Source: an uncultured Chloroflexia bacterium (lineage in GTDB: Bacteria > Chloroflexota > Limnocylindria > Limnocylindrales > CSP1-4). From it: 64,000 bases of DNA. Positions 8,408 to 17,709 of the stretch are shown one piece after another. Where the stretch lies: positions 225,338 to 289,337 of the forward strand of contig CAWHRB010000002.1 of the NCBI GenBank assembly GCA_963831715.1, written 5' to 3'. A program made the position numbers and the translations under genes. Numbering within the stretch: the first letter of the stretch is position 1; every line of letters starts with the position of its first letter. Below the pieces are notes generated by a model. That model was not told the DNA's origin. It did not search any database and was given only the letters and a program-made list of their open reading frames with translations.

Positions 8408-11400
8408 TCACCCAAGGCGGCGCATACCGGCGTGGCCCATCTGCCGAACGCCCCCCGGCTGTTCAGGTCCACCGGCCGTGGCAGCCACCTCGGCGAGCGG
8501 CTGGACCGCGTGCGCCACGAGATTGACGACCGACCCCTCGCGCTGCAGCTCGCCATCGACCAGCAGCAGGGCGTGGCGACGGACCACCCCGCGTAATCGC
8601 TCCCAGGTCGACGGCCAGAGCGTGACGTTGACCATGCCCGTCTCGTCCTCGAGCGCGAGGAAGACCGTGCCCTTGGCGGTCATCGGGTGCTGCCGGGTGA
8701 CCACCAGCCCACCGACCCGCACCCGGCCCGGCTTGCGGTCCGACAACGACGCGTTCGTCACCGCCCCGAGTCGATCCAGCGCCCCGCGGAACAGCCCGAC
8801 CACCTGACGCTGCGCATCGACGCCGAGGACCGCGTACGCATCCCCGAGCCGCTCCGATTCGGTGATCGCGGGGAGGTCCGGCACGTCGGTCGGCGGCAGG
8901 CGCAGATCCATCGGTCGACCGGCGGCGGCACCACGTTTCCCGGCAGCCCGACCGAGGGCCCGAACGGTTCGCCCGTCCATCCGGCCACGTGACGCCCCGG
9001 CGACTTCGCGCAGCTGCCACAGGAGCTCGCGCCGTGGCCGCCCGAGCGAATCCATCGCCCCACTTCGGATCAGCCGCTCGAGCACCTCCTCGGGCAGGTC
9101 GGTCCGTTCCACGACATCGACCAGGCTGCGGTATGGGCCGCGTGTTCGCTCGGCATCGAGCAGCGCCTCGTGCTGCTCACCGATCCCCTTCACGAGGTGC
9201 AGCCCGAGCCGGACGCCCCAGCCACCGGTCGCCGACGGCGTCCATCGCTCGCGAGCCTCGCTCGACGGGACGATGCAGCCAGAGGACATCACCGTGTCCG
9301 GCTGGCCGTCCGGCCCGACCCACTCGGTCGTGGTCTTGTACGACGACGTGTTGATATCGACCGGCAGGACCGCGACACCGTGGCGCTTCGTGTCGTTGAC
9401 GAGGACCTCGACCGGGTAGAACCCCATCGGCTGGGCGTTGATCAGGCCGACCAGGAACTGGGCCGGATAGAACAGCTTGAGGAACGACGACTCATAGGCG
9501 GTCCGGGCGAACGCCGCGGCATGGCTCTTGGCGAACCCGAACGAGGCGAACGCCGAGACCTGGCGGAACAGCTCCTGGGCATCGGGCTCGGTCATGCCCG
9601 GCTGGCGCAGCGCTCCCTCGACGAATTGCGCATGGAGCTTCTCCATCTCGCGCGTCGAGCGCCAGGTGCCCATCGCTCGGCGGAACCCATCCGACTCCGC
9701 CGGCGAGAACCCCGCGACCTCGATGGCGATGCGCATCACCTGCTCCTGGTAGAGGATCACCCCGAGCGTGTCCCGAAGCACCGGCTCGAGGCTCGGATGG
9801 AGGTAGACCACCGGCTCGAGACCCTGCTTGCGGCGCAGGAACGGATGGACGGCGTTGCCCTGGATCGGGCCCGGCCGGATGATCGCGACCTCGACCACCA
9901 GGTCGTCGAGGCTCTGCGGCTTCGACTTCGGGAGCGTCTGCATCTGCGCCCGGCTCTCGACCTGGAAGACCCCCACCGTGTCGGCCGCCTGAAGCATCTC
10001 GAACACCTCAGGGATCTCCTCGGGCAGACGGTCGAGGTCGAGGCAGATGGCGCAGTCGTGCTCGATGAGCTGGAGCGTTTCGTCGATCGCGGCCAGCATG
10101 CCCAGCCCGAGCAGGTCGAGCTTGATGAGCTTGAGCGTCTCGACGTCGCGCTTGTCGAACTGCACGACGACCCGGTCGGGCATCGTCGCCTTCTCGAGCG
10201 GCGCGATATCGATCAGCGGGGCGGCCGTCACCAGCATCCCGCCCGAATGGATCGACAGGTGGCGCGGGAAGCCGTCGATGCGCGCGCAGAACTCTAGCCA
10301 GCGTTCCCAGTGGGAGAGACCGACCGTCGAACCGCCACGGGCCCGGGGCGGCTCCTCCGGCTCGATGCGAGCGACGGAGCTCGTGTTCGCCGGCGTGGGC
10401 GGGGGATCCCACATGTTCGGGCGACCGAGCCGGTCGGTCTTGCGGGGCGGCGGCAGACTGCATGCCGCTCTCCGGGTCGAATACTCGGGCCGATGGTGTC
10501 GCGGAGCTCCGCCTCGGACCTCGGAGCGAACCTCGCCGATCCGCCGGATCCGCCGGCCTCTGACCTGCATAGCCGGTCCCCCGGCCGGCGCGCAGCCACG
10601 CGACGCTCGCCGGGGTGTCGCCCGGACCACCCTCGTCGTCGGACGGCCCGCCGCGGATGGTCGTCACCGGCGCGAGCGGATCCTCGCGGAAGGCCTCGTG
10701 GGAGGCTTCACGAGACGCGGCCCGCGCGTTGTCGGCGATAGTTTCGCTCCCAGCAGAAGATCCGGGACTTCGGGGGGCGGAACCTGGACTCCGGGGAACG
10801 GAACGAGCCTCCATGGGCCTCGGTTGAGCGTGGCCGAGCAGGTCGCTCGTCGCTTGTCCCCCGGGAAGCCCTGAAGATTTCGACCCCACCGGAAAGGGCG
10901 CGGACATCAGCTCGGGCCGGGTCGCGGGCCCGGGCGCGGACATCAGCTCGGGCCGGGTCGCGGGCCCGGGCGCGGACATCAGCTCGGGCCGGGTCGCGGG
11001 CCCGGGCGCGGACATCAGCTCGGGCCGGGTCGCGGGCCCGGGCGCGGACATCAGCTCGGGCCGGGTCGCGGGCCCGGGCGCGGACATCAGCTCGGGCCGG
11101 GTCGCGGGCCCGGGCGCGGACATCAGCTCGGGCCGGGTCGCGGGCCCGGGCGCGGACATCAGCTCGGGCCGGGTCGCGGGCCCGGGCGCGGACATCAGCT
11201 CGGGCCGGGTCGCGGGCCCGGCGCCATTGTCAGTGGCACGATCCGCACGAGTGAGCGTGGTCGCGTCCCCGGACTGCGATGTGGGTGCAACTCGGTGCAC
11301 GTTCGTGGCGTACGTGCCACTGCCAGTGGCGCCGGCAGCGGACGCGGCGCCGGCAGCGGACGTGGCGCCGGCAGCGGACGCGCGCTCCCCCTCGTGCCCC

Positions 11401-13238
11401 GCGGGTACCTCCCGCAGCCAGGCGAACGGTCGCGGCGCATCGAGGTCCTCCGGTTGAGGCGGCTGACGCCAGGGTGGTACTTTCCCGACGAGCGGGATCC
11501 GCGTGTTCAACTGACCCATCCGGTCGACGAGACCGTGCGCCTCGGCTTCCTCGGCCGCGCGTGCCTCGCCCGGCAGGCCCTCCCCCGTCCGTCGGAAGAA
11601 CTCGGCGAACCCGCCGTCGGCCTCGAGGTCGCGCCGGACCATCACCGAGTCGTATGTCTCGAGCGCCTTGGCCACCCGATCGACGAGCGGCCGCGGGAAC
11701 CCCAGCGCGTAGCCCACCTCACGGACCGCCGAACGCGCCCGGTACGTGACGAGGTTGCAGACCATCCCCGTGTGCTCCGGCCCGTAGCGCCGATAGATGT
11801 ACTGGATGACCTCCTCCCGGCGCTCCGAGCTGAAATCGATGTCGACGTCCGGGTACGTCGTCCGGCCGGGATTGATGAACCGTTCGAACAGGAGGTTGTG
11901 GGCGATCGGCTCGACTCGGCTGATCCCGAGCGTGTACGACACGATCGAGCTGGTCGCGCTGCCCCGACCCTGGGCGGGGATCCCCCGTTCCCTGGCGAAA
12001 CGCATGAGGTCCCAGCAGATGAGGAAGAACTCGGCGAGGCCGGCTCGCTCGATCACGTCGAGCTCGTGGGCGAGCCGCGTGACGACGGCGGAGGTCAGCG
12101 GGTGGTAGCGATAGCGTGCGCCCGCCCAGCACAGCTCCGACAGATAGGAGAACGGCGTCTCCCCGGACGGCACCGTGAACCCCGGGAAGCGGTACTGCTC
12201 GAATTCGAGATCGAGGACGCACGAGGCGGCCACCTCGACCGACGTCGCGATGCCCTCACGCCAGGCCCGCGCCGTGTCCGCGTCGAACCCGGTAGCGACT
12301 GCCGCCATCTCGTCGCCCGACTTCACGAACGACTCGGCATCGGCTCGCCGCAGGTCGGCCAGCGTGTCGAGCGTCCGGCCATGGCGGATCGCGGTCAGGA
12401 CGTCGTGGAACTCGCGGTCGTCCGGGGTCGCGTAGTGGACGTCGTTGGTGACGACCACCGGCAGACCGAGCTCCGCAGCGAGCGCCGCGGACTCCGCCAC
12501 GAGCCAGTCGTCATCGGGCAGTAGGTGATGCGAGAGCTCGATGAAGAAGCCGCTGGTCGACGGCCCGTCACCACGGCCGAAGAGCGCGGCGTACCGCTCG
12601 GCGACGGCACGGGCGCCGGCTCGATCGCCGACGCGCAGTCGCCGGGCGATCTCGCCGTCACGGCATCCGGACAGCGCGACGATGCCCTCGTGCTCCGCCT
12701 CGAGCAGCTCGTGCCGGAAGCTGGGCACGGCCTTCGTCCCGGCCATGTTCGCCCGGGAGATCACCCTGCTCAGGCTGCGCCAGCCGACCGGGGACCGCGC
12801 GAGCAGCACGAGGTGTGGGCCGCGCGCCCGGTCGCCGATGCCGCGGAAGTCCTCCTTGACCGGATCGCGGTGACCGGGAAGCTTCGCCCGCCGGGGCCTC
12901 GGTCGGGCCGGCCGGCCCTCGGCCACCAGTGGCTCCGTCGCCGGGGGTTCGGCGCGGCGCCGGCGCGGTCGACGCCGTGGCGGGATGACGACGGCATCGG
13001 GATCCGGCACGGCCGGATCGAGCAGGCCGATCTCCGTGCCGACGATCCCATGCAGTCCGGCCTCCTCGGCGGCACCCATGAACCGCACCGCGCCGTACAG
13101 GCCGTTGTGGTCGGTGACGGCCAGTCCGCGCAAGCCGTTGGCCACAGCACGTTCGACCAGATCGTCCGGCGCCGAGGCCCCGTCGAGGAACGAGAAGTTG
13201 GTGTGGGCGTGGAGCTCGGCGTAGGGGATGGTCGCCAC
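8408..13238 (-). CDS. dnaE2: Error-prone DNA polymerase DnaE2 (ImuC), interrupted by a ~1 kb low-complexity insertion containing a VNTR. The N- and C-terminal parts lie in different frames, so this is either a pseudogene or an assembly error.
   Basis: GTG at 13238 gives VATIPYAELHAHTNFSFLDGAS (PHP domain), then the palm GRGSATSSIVSYTLGISRVEP...PDVDIDF, in the frame of ORF 10008..13592. ORF 8408..10630 holds HWERWLEFCARIDGFPRHLSIHSGGMLV, ILYQEQVMRIA, FGFAKSHAAAFA, HhH and OB-fold regions. The two frames overlap across 10008..10630. A LexA box and a TATGAT -10 lie immediately upstream. Confidence 0.8.
10898..11221. repeat. Perfect tandem repeat, 9 copies of a 36-bp unit (gcgcggacatcagctcgggccgggtcgcgggcccgg), inside the dnaE2 insertion.
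   Basis: Nine identical copies can be read directly in the sequence. In the dnaE2 N-terminal frame they encode (GPATRPELMSAP)x9. Confidence 0.95.
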
Positions 13239-13262
13239 AGCGGTCGCCTCGATCGGACCAGA

Positions 13263-13291
13263 TGGAGGGGGTTGACAATCATAGAACAAAT
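13263..13291. promoter_or_regulatory. LexA (Cheo-type) SOS box AGAACAAATGTTCA within the dnaE2 promoter, with a TTGACA hexamer on the opposite side.
   Basis: GAAC-N4-GTTC palindrome at 13272..13285. On the minus strand it is followed directly by TATGAT, about 35 nt upstream of the dnaE2 GTG. TTGACA at 13263..13268 faces the other way. Confidence 0.75.
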
Positions 13292-13342
13292 GTTCACTGT
13301 GCGGACGCGAAACAAGTCGGGCGGGTTCGGCGTCTCTTGGGC

Positions 13343-13486
13343 ATGCACGCACCCATCCAGCTCGATCGCCCGCTCCGACCGGTCGCCCTGACCGCGCTCC
13401 GGACGGCACTGGGTGTGATGGGCGCGCTGCTGCTGATCCTCGTCGTCCTGCCCTCCCTCCTGGAGGCCCAGGCGGCGGCGATCTAG
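13343..13486 (+). CDS. Candidate small hydrophobic peptide (47 aa), divergent from the dnaE2 LexA box.
   Basis: MHAPIQLDRPLRPVALTALRTALGVMGALLLILVVLPSLLEAQAAAI has one predicted transmembrane helix. No SD is present. It lies just downstream of the divergent SOS box. Confidence 0.3.
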   Translation: MHAPIQLDRPLRPVALTALRTALGVMGALLLILVVLPSLLEAQAAAI

Positions 13487-13590
13487 CCACCACATAGCGT
13501 CTCGGCGCCTGGGGGCTCGGGACGATCGGCGGCCCAGACCGCGATGGTCGGGAGCCGACCTGCCGGACCGCTGGTGAGCATCGGTCCGGC

Positions 13591-13636
13591 ACACAGGACC
13601 CCGTCGCTGGGGGCGACGGGGTCCTGTCACGTCCGG
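13591..13636. repeat. Copy 1 of a ~45-nt hairpin element (ACAGGACCCCGTCGC-loop-GCGACGGGGTCCTGT); copy 2 is at 15391..15438.
   Basis: The 15-bp perfect stem in copy 1 is acaggaccccgtcgc-tggg-ggcgacggggtcctgt. Copy 2 is near-identical (acaggaccccgtcgc-attgg-gggcggcggggtcctgt). Together they bracket the gene 13775..15376. Confidence 0.6.
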
Positions 13637-13774
13637 CCCGGCTGGCACGTCGGCGATGCCCGTCAGCTCGGCCCCGGCAAGGTTTTCGTTCGACGTGTCA
13701 TCCGCGAACACGTTGTTGATGCGGGGGTCCCAGCGTGTCGACCATCAACGACCGGTCTGCACAGGGAGGAATGC

Positions 13775-15376
13775 ATGTATCGCGCGTCACCGACCCGCCT
13801 CCGCCACCGCAGCATCGCCGTCGGCATGGCGCTCCTCGGCGTCGTCGCGTCGGCCGCGCCGACATCGGCTGCGGGCTCGACCGCCCACGGCCCCAGTACG
13901 ACCACCGCACCCTATGTGCTCCCTGTGGCCGACGTCCGGATCACCTCGCTGTTGACCGTCGGTGATGCGGGCGCTGCGGGGAACGGGTACGAGATGGTCG
14001 GCATCCCGGACGGCCTCGGCCTCACCACGAGCGGCCGCAAGCTCACGATCCTCATGAACCACGAGCTGCGCGACGCACCCGGCCAGGAGCAGGGCATCGT
14101 CCGGCGCCACGGCACGATCGGTGCCTTCGTCTCCCGGTTCGTCATCGATCCGAAGACGCTCAAGATCACGAGCGGTTCGGACCTGGTCGACCCCGGCATC
14201 CGATATTGGGACTACCCGAACGGCGGGTACGTCACGACGGGCCCCCGGTTCGCCGACATGACCGCCCAACAGCTATCGTTCGGCCGGTTCTGCTCCGCCA
14301 GCCTGACCGACCCGGGTGTGCTCTACAACGAGCGGACGGGTGCGGGCTACCGGGGTCAGCTCTTCTTCGGGAACGAGGAGGACGGCGACGTCGGGCGATC
14401 GTTCGCGATCACGACGGACGGCCAGGCGACGGCCCTCCCCCGGCTCGGACTGTTCTCATGGGAGAACACGGTCCCGGCCGATAATCGCTCCGACACGACG
14501 CTCGTGATGGGCCAGGAAGACGGCCCGGGTGACGGCAGCCAGCCGTGGGTGTACGTCGGCAAGAAGACGAAGTCCGGCGGCCCGGTCGCGCGCGCCGGGT
14601 TGACGAACGGCCTGTCGTTCGTCCTCGACACGGTCGACTCGACCGTCACGGATGACGCCGAATTTCGGGCGACCTTCGGTGTGAACACGCCGGCACCCGT
14701 GAACCTCGCCAACGTTCCCTGGAGCCTGACTGGTGCGCAGCAGAACACGCTCGCCATCGAAGCCGGGCTGAGCCTCAACCGGATCGAAGACGGCCACTGG
14801 GATCCGAAGCATCGGAACGACTTCTACTTCCTGACCACCGAGGGTGGCGAGAAGTCGGGCACCGGCCTCGATGGCCGGGACGGCGGCGGCCTCTGGCGGC
14901 TGCGCTTCAAGGACATCGAGCATCCGTTCGCGGGCGCCACCTTGACCCTGCTGCTCGACGGCAGCCAGTCGCTCGGCGCGACGGAACCCAAGTTCAACAA
15001 GCCCGACAACATGACCATCGATCGCCACGGCAACCTGCTCATCCAGGAGGACCCGGGCAACAACAACCACCTTGCCCGGATCATCGCGTATCGGATCAGC
15101 GATGGGGCCCTCGGCGTCGTCGCCCGGTTCGACGAGGCGAAGTTCGGCGTCGGCGCGACCGACGATCCGGCACGCCTCACGACCGACGAGGAGTCGAGCG
15201 GGATCATCGACACCGAGCGCCTGCTCGGGAAGAGCACCTTCCTATTCGACGCCCAGATCCACACCGCCAAGAACCTGCCGGCCGGGACCGGACCGGGCAC
15301 GGTGCAAGAGTTCGTCGAGAACGGCCAGCTCCTGCTCCTCAAGGTCAAAGACTGGGACGACGTGTACGGCGACTGA
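13775..15376 (+). CDS. Secreted protein of unknown function, possibly PhoX/DUF839-like beta-propeller.
   Basis: GGAGGA SD precedes the ATG at 13775. Signal peptide MYRASPTRLRHRSIAVGMALLGVVASAAPTSAAGS. No confident family match; the start was moved inward from ORF-track position 13544. Confidence 0.55.
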   Translation: MYRASPTRLRHRSIAVGMALLGVVASAAPTSAAGSTAHGPSTTTAPYVLPVADVRITSLLTVGDAGAAGNGYEMVGIPDGLGLTTSGRKLTILMNHELRDAPGQEQGIVRRHGTIGAFVSRFVIDPKTLKITSGSDLVDPGIRYWDYPNGGYVTTGPRFADMTAQQLSFGRFCSASLTDPGVLYNERTGAGYRGQLFFGNEEDGDVGRSFAITTDGQATALPRLGLFSWENTVPADNRSDTTLVMGQEDGPGDGSQPWVYVGKKTKSGGPVARAGLTNGLSFVLDTVDSTVTDDAEFRATFGVNTPAPVNLANVPWSLTGAQQNTLAIEAGLSLNRIEDGHWDPKHRNDFYFLTTEGGEKSGTGLDGRDGGGLWRLRFKDIEHPFAGATLTLLLDGSQSLGATEPKFNKPDNMTIDRHGNLLIQEDPGNNNHLARIIAYRISDGALGVVARFDEAKFGVGATDDPARLTTDEESSGIIDTERLLGKSTFLFDAQIHTAKNLPAGTGPGTVQEFVENGQLLLLKVKDWDDVYGD

Positions 15377-15390
15377 CACAGCCTCCCGAA

Positions 15391-15438
15391 ACACAGGACC
15401 CCGTCGCATTGGGGGCGGCGGGGTCCTGTCGTGTCCCG
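15391..15438. terminator. Copy 2 of the repeated hairpin element, placed as a terminator after the secreted-protein gene.
   Basis: The 15-bp stem lies about 15 nt after the stop codon of 13775..15376. Confidence 0.55.
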
Positions 15439-15452
15439 GCTAGACTCCGCCG

Positions 15453-15977
15453 ATGTCCACGCGCGCCCGCCACTTCCTGCTGACGCTCCCTGCCACCGCC
15501 CTGCTCCTCGCGGCTTGTGGCTCGAGCCCGAGCCCGGCACCCGGCTCGATCGCGAGCCTGTCACCGAGCGCATCGACCCCCGCGACGGCCGCCCCGAGCG
15601 AGGGCTCCGGGTCAGCATCGCCCGCCGCCTCGGATGGCGGCCAGACGGACACGGCCTGGGGCCGCATCTGGGACGCGGTCCCAGCGGGCTTCCCGCGATT
15701 CCCCGGCGCCACCCCTGCCGACGACGCCAGCGGCGAGCCGGCGAGTGCCCGCTACGCCGTCCCGGGCGGCGATCCGCAGGCCATCGCGATGTGGATGCAG
15801 GGTGCGCTCGAGACAGCGACCTTCAGCACGACCGGCCTGAACGGTCCAGCCGAGGACGGTAGTTTCGTCATCGACTCGGTCGGCGAGGGCGACTGCGCGA
15901 TCCAGACGACCATCGCGCCGCTCGGCGACACGACCTTCATCACCGTCCTGTACGGCGCAGCCTGCCCCACGACCTAG
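15453..15977 (+). CDS. Lipoprotein of unknown function.
   Basis: MSTRARHFLLTLPATALLLAACGSSPSP carries the lipobox LAAC. A low-complexity S/P/A linker is followed by a globular C-terminal part. Confidence 0.6.
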   Translation: MSTRARHFLLTLPATALLLAACGSSPSPAPGSIASLSPSASTPATAAPSEGSGSASPAASDGGQTDTAWGRIWDAVPAGFPRFPGATPADDASGEPASARYAVPGGDPQAIAMWMQGALETATFSTTGLNGPAEDGSFVIDSVGEGDCAIQTTIAPLGDTTFITVLYGAACPTT

Positions 15978-16189
15978 GCGTGTCGGAGATGCGACACGCG
16001 CGGGCCTCGCCGGACGGTATGCTGCGTCCCGAACGCCCGGAGCCTCGGGACCGGGACGGGGGACATTCGCGATGCAGTCGACACGACCTCGGGAACTCGG
16101 CGCGCTGATCCTCGCGATCGGCGTCCTGCTCGTCATCTTCGTCGTCAGCCTGGCCCTCGGGGCCCCGCTTCGCTGATCGCTTCGGCGCC

Positions 16190-16438
16190 TTAGTCGTACA
16201 GGCGCTCGAGGTGCCAGGTCCCTGCGATGCGGTCCTGGTAGATGAGCGCGAGCCAGCGCTCCCCGGCCACCTTGGCGTAGTCGCGCGCGATCGGGTCGCG
16301 CCACCACGACTCCTCGACCCGCCATCGATTGCAGACCTCGACCGCCTCGCGCCGGCCGTTCCAGCTGATGGCCACGAGCCGGCCGTCGACATCGAGCTCG
16401 ACGTCGATGCGGGGGTGCTCGCGCAACAGTCGGGTCAT
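16190..16438 (-). CDS. Small conserved-looking protein (82 aa) translationally coupled to imuB through an ATGA overlap.
   Basis: MTRLLREHPRIDVELDVDGRLVAISWNGRREAVEVCNRWRVEESWWRDPIARDYAKVAGERWLALIYQDRIAGTWHLERLYD. Its ATG at 16438..16436 overlaps the imuB TGA at 16437..16435. Confidence 0.55.
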   Translation of the reverse strand: MTRLLREHPRIDVELDVDGRLVAISWNGRREAVEVCNRWRVEESWWRDPIARDYAKVAGERWLALIYQDRIAGTWHLERLYD

Positions 16439-17709
16439 GCCGGGGCCCCGCCACGGTCGTCCTCGGCAAGCCCGACCCCCTGCCACGTCCAGCGTTCCTC
16501 GGGCAGTGGCGCCTCCGGGTCGGTGATCGCCACGCGCCGGACTCGATCCTCGCCATAGGTCAGCGCGAGCCTCGCGAGCTGCCAATCGAGCCGTGCCGTC
16601 CGAGCCGCCTGCGGCACGAACAGCGGCAGTTGCTGACCGGCGGCCGGCGTCGTGCCGCGCAGCTCCAGGTCGAGTCGTTGGACCGCCGCCGGCGGCGGCT
16701 CACGCTCCAGCCGCGCGAACAGCAGCCGCTCGACCGCCTCGGCGTCCGCGGTGGGTTCCGGGAACCGCTGCTCGACCTCGATCCGCGGTGACGTCCCGGT
16801 GGGCGCGAACGCCAGATCGAGCTCCAGCGCCAGGATGGCGCGGTCAGCCGCCAGACCTCGAGCGCCGAGCTGCGCGGTAAGACCGGCCACCAGGCGATGC
16901 AGCACGAACCGGAGCGGTTCGAGTTCTTCGACCGGCGGCTCGATCGGCAGAGCGAGAGCCAGGCGCTTCGTCGCGCGCCGGGCGCGGAACGGCTCGGTCT
17001 CCTGGCCCCTCGCCCGGGCATGGAGGCGGCCGCCCTCGTCGCCGAACCGGGCGATCAGCGCGGACGTCGGGAGTTCCGCCACGGCACCGATCCGGCGCAG
17101 CCCGAACCGGGTGAGTCGTGCGCGGATGTCGGGGTCGGTGGTCAGGAGTGTGGACGGGCGATCGGCCAGGAACGCGGCTTCGTCGCTGGGGGGCACGATG
17201 ATCGGGGCATCCGGCCCTGCCGCCATCGCGGCGATGGTCGCCGCGAAGTGCGTGCCGGCGATCCCGACCCGTGGCTCCACCTCCCCGGGGAGCGCCTTCG
17301 CGACGGCGCCCGTCAGCCGCTCGGCGAGGACGGGCTCGGGACCCCACAAGGGCCCGAGGCCGTCGATGCCGACCTCGAAGAGCCCGAATGCCACGTCCCG
17401 TGGATCGGCACTCCCCGCCAGGCTCGGGCTGAAGGCCCCGAGCGCCTCGAACACGACCTCGGCAGTTCCCCGATCCGCCTCGGGATCGGGATCGATGAAG
17501 GTCGCCTCAGGGACGAGTCGATGCGCGCTTCCGAGCGGCATCCCCCGCCGGACGCCGAGCGCCCGGGCGGTCGGGTCGGCGTCGATGACCGGTCCCGGGT
17601 CCCACGGTCGACCGCCCAGCACGAGCGGACCTGTCGGGCAGGGCTCGGAGCGTCGGGCCAACGCCAGATGGAGTGGCAGGTGCGGCAGGAACAGGTGCAG
17701 CCGTCGCAT
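16435..17709 (-). CDS. imuB: ImuB, a Y-family-polymerase-like mutasome subunit.
   Basis: MRRLHLFLPHLPLHLALAR matches the typical DinB/ImuB N-terminus, and the protein lies downstream of imuA'. The start could instead be the ATG at 17736. It overlaps the 3' end of the imuA' ORF in another frame. Confidence 0.82.
   Translation of the reverse strand: MRRLHLFLPHLPLHLALARRSEPCPTGPLVLGGRPWDPGPVIDADPTARALGVRRGMPLGSAHRLVPEATFIDPDPEADRGTAEVVFEALGAFSPSLAGSADPRDVAFGLFEVGIDGLGPLWGPEPVLAERLTGAVAKALPGEVEPRVGIAGTHFAATIAAMAAGPDAPIIVPPSDEAAFLADRPSTLLTTDPDIRARLTRFGLRRIGAVAELPTSALIARFGDEGGRLHARARGQETEPFRARRATKRLALALPIEPPVEELEPLRFVLHRLVAGLTAQLGARGLAADRAILALELDLAFAPTGTSPRIEVEQRFPEPTADAEAVERLLFARLEREPPPAAVQRLDLELRGTTPAAGQQLPLFVPQAARTARLDWQLARLALTYGEDRVRRVAITDPEAPLPEERWTWQGVGLAEDDRGGAPA

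Noticed and set aside
10898-11221. The 9x36-bp perfect repeat considered as a CRISPR array.
   Set aside because: The units are directly adjacent with no spacers, no cas genes are nearby, and the repeat lies inside a reading frame. This is a tandem VNTR, not CRISPR.
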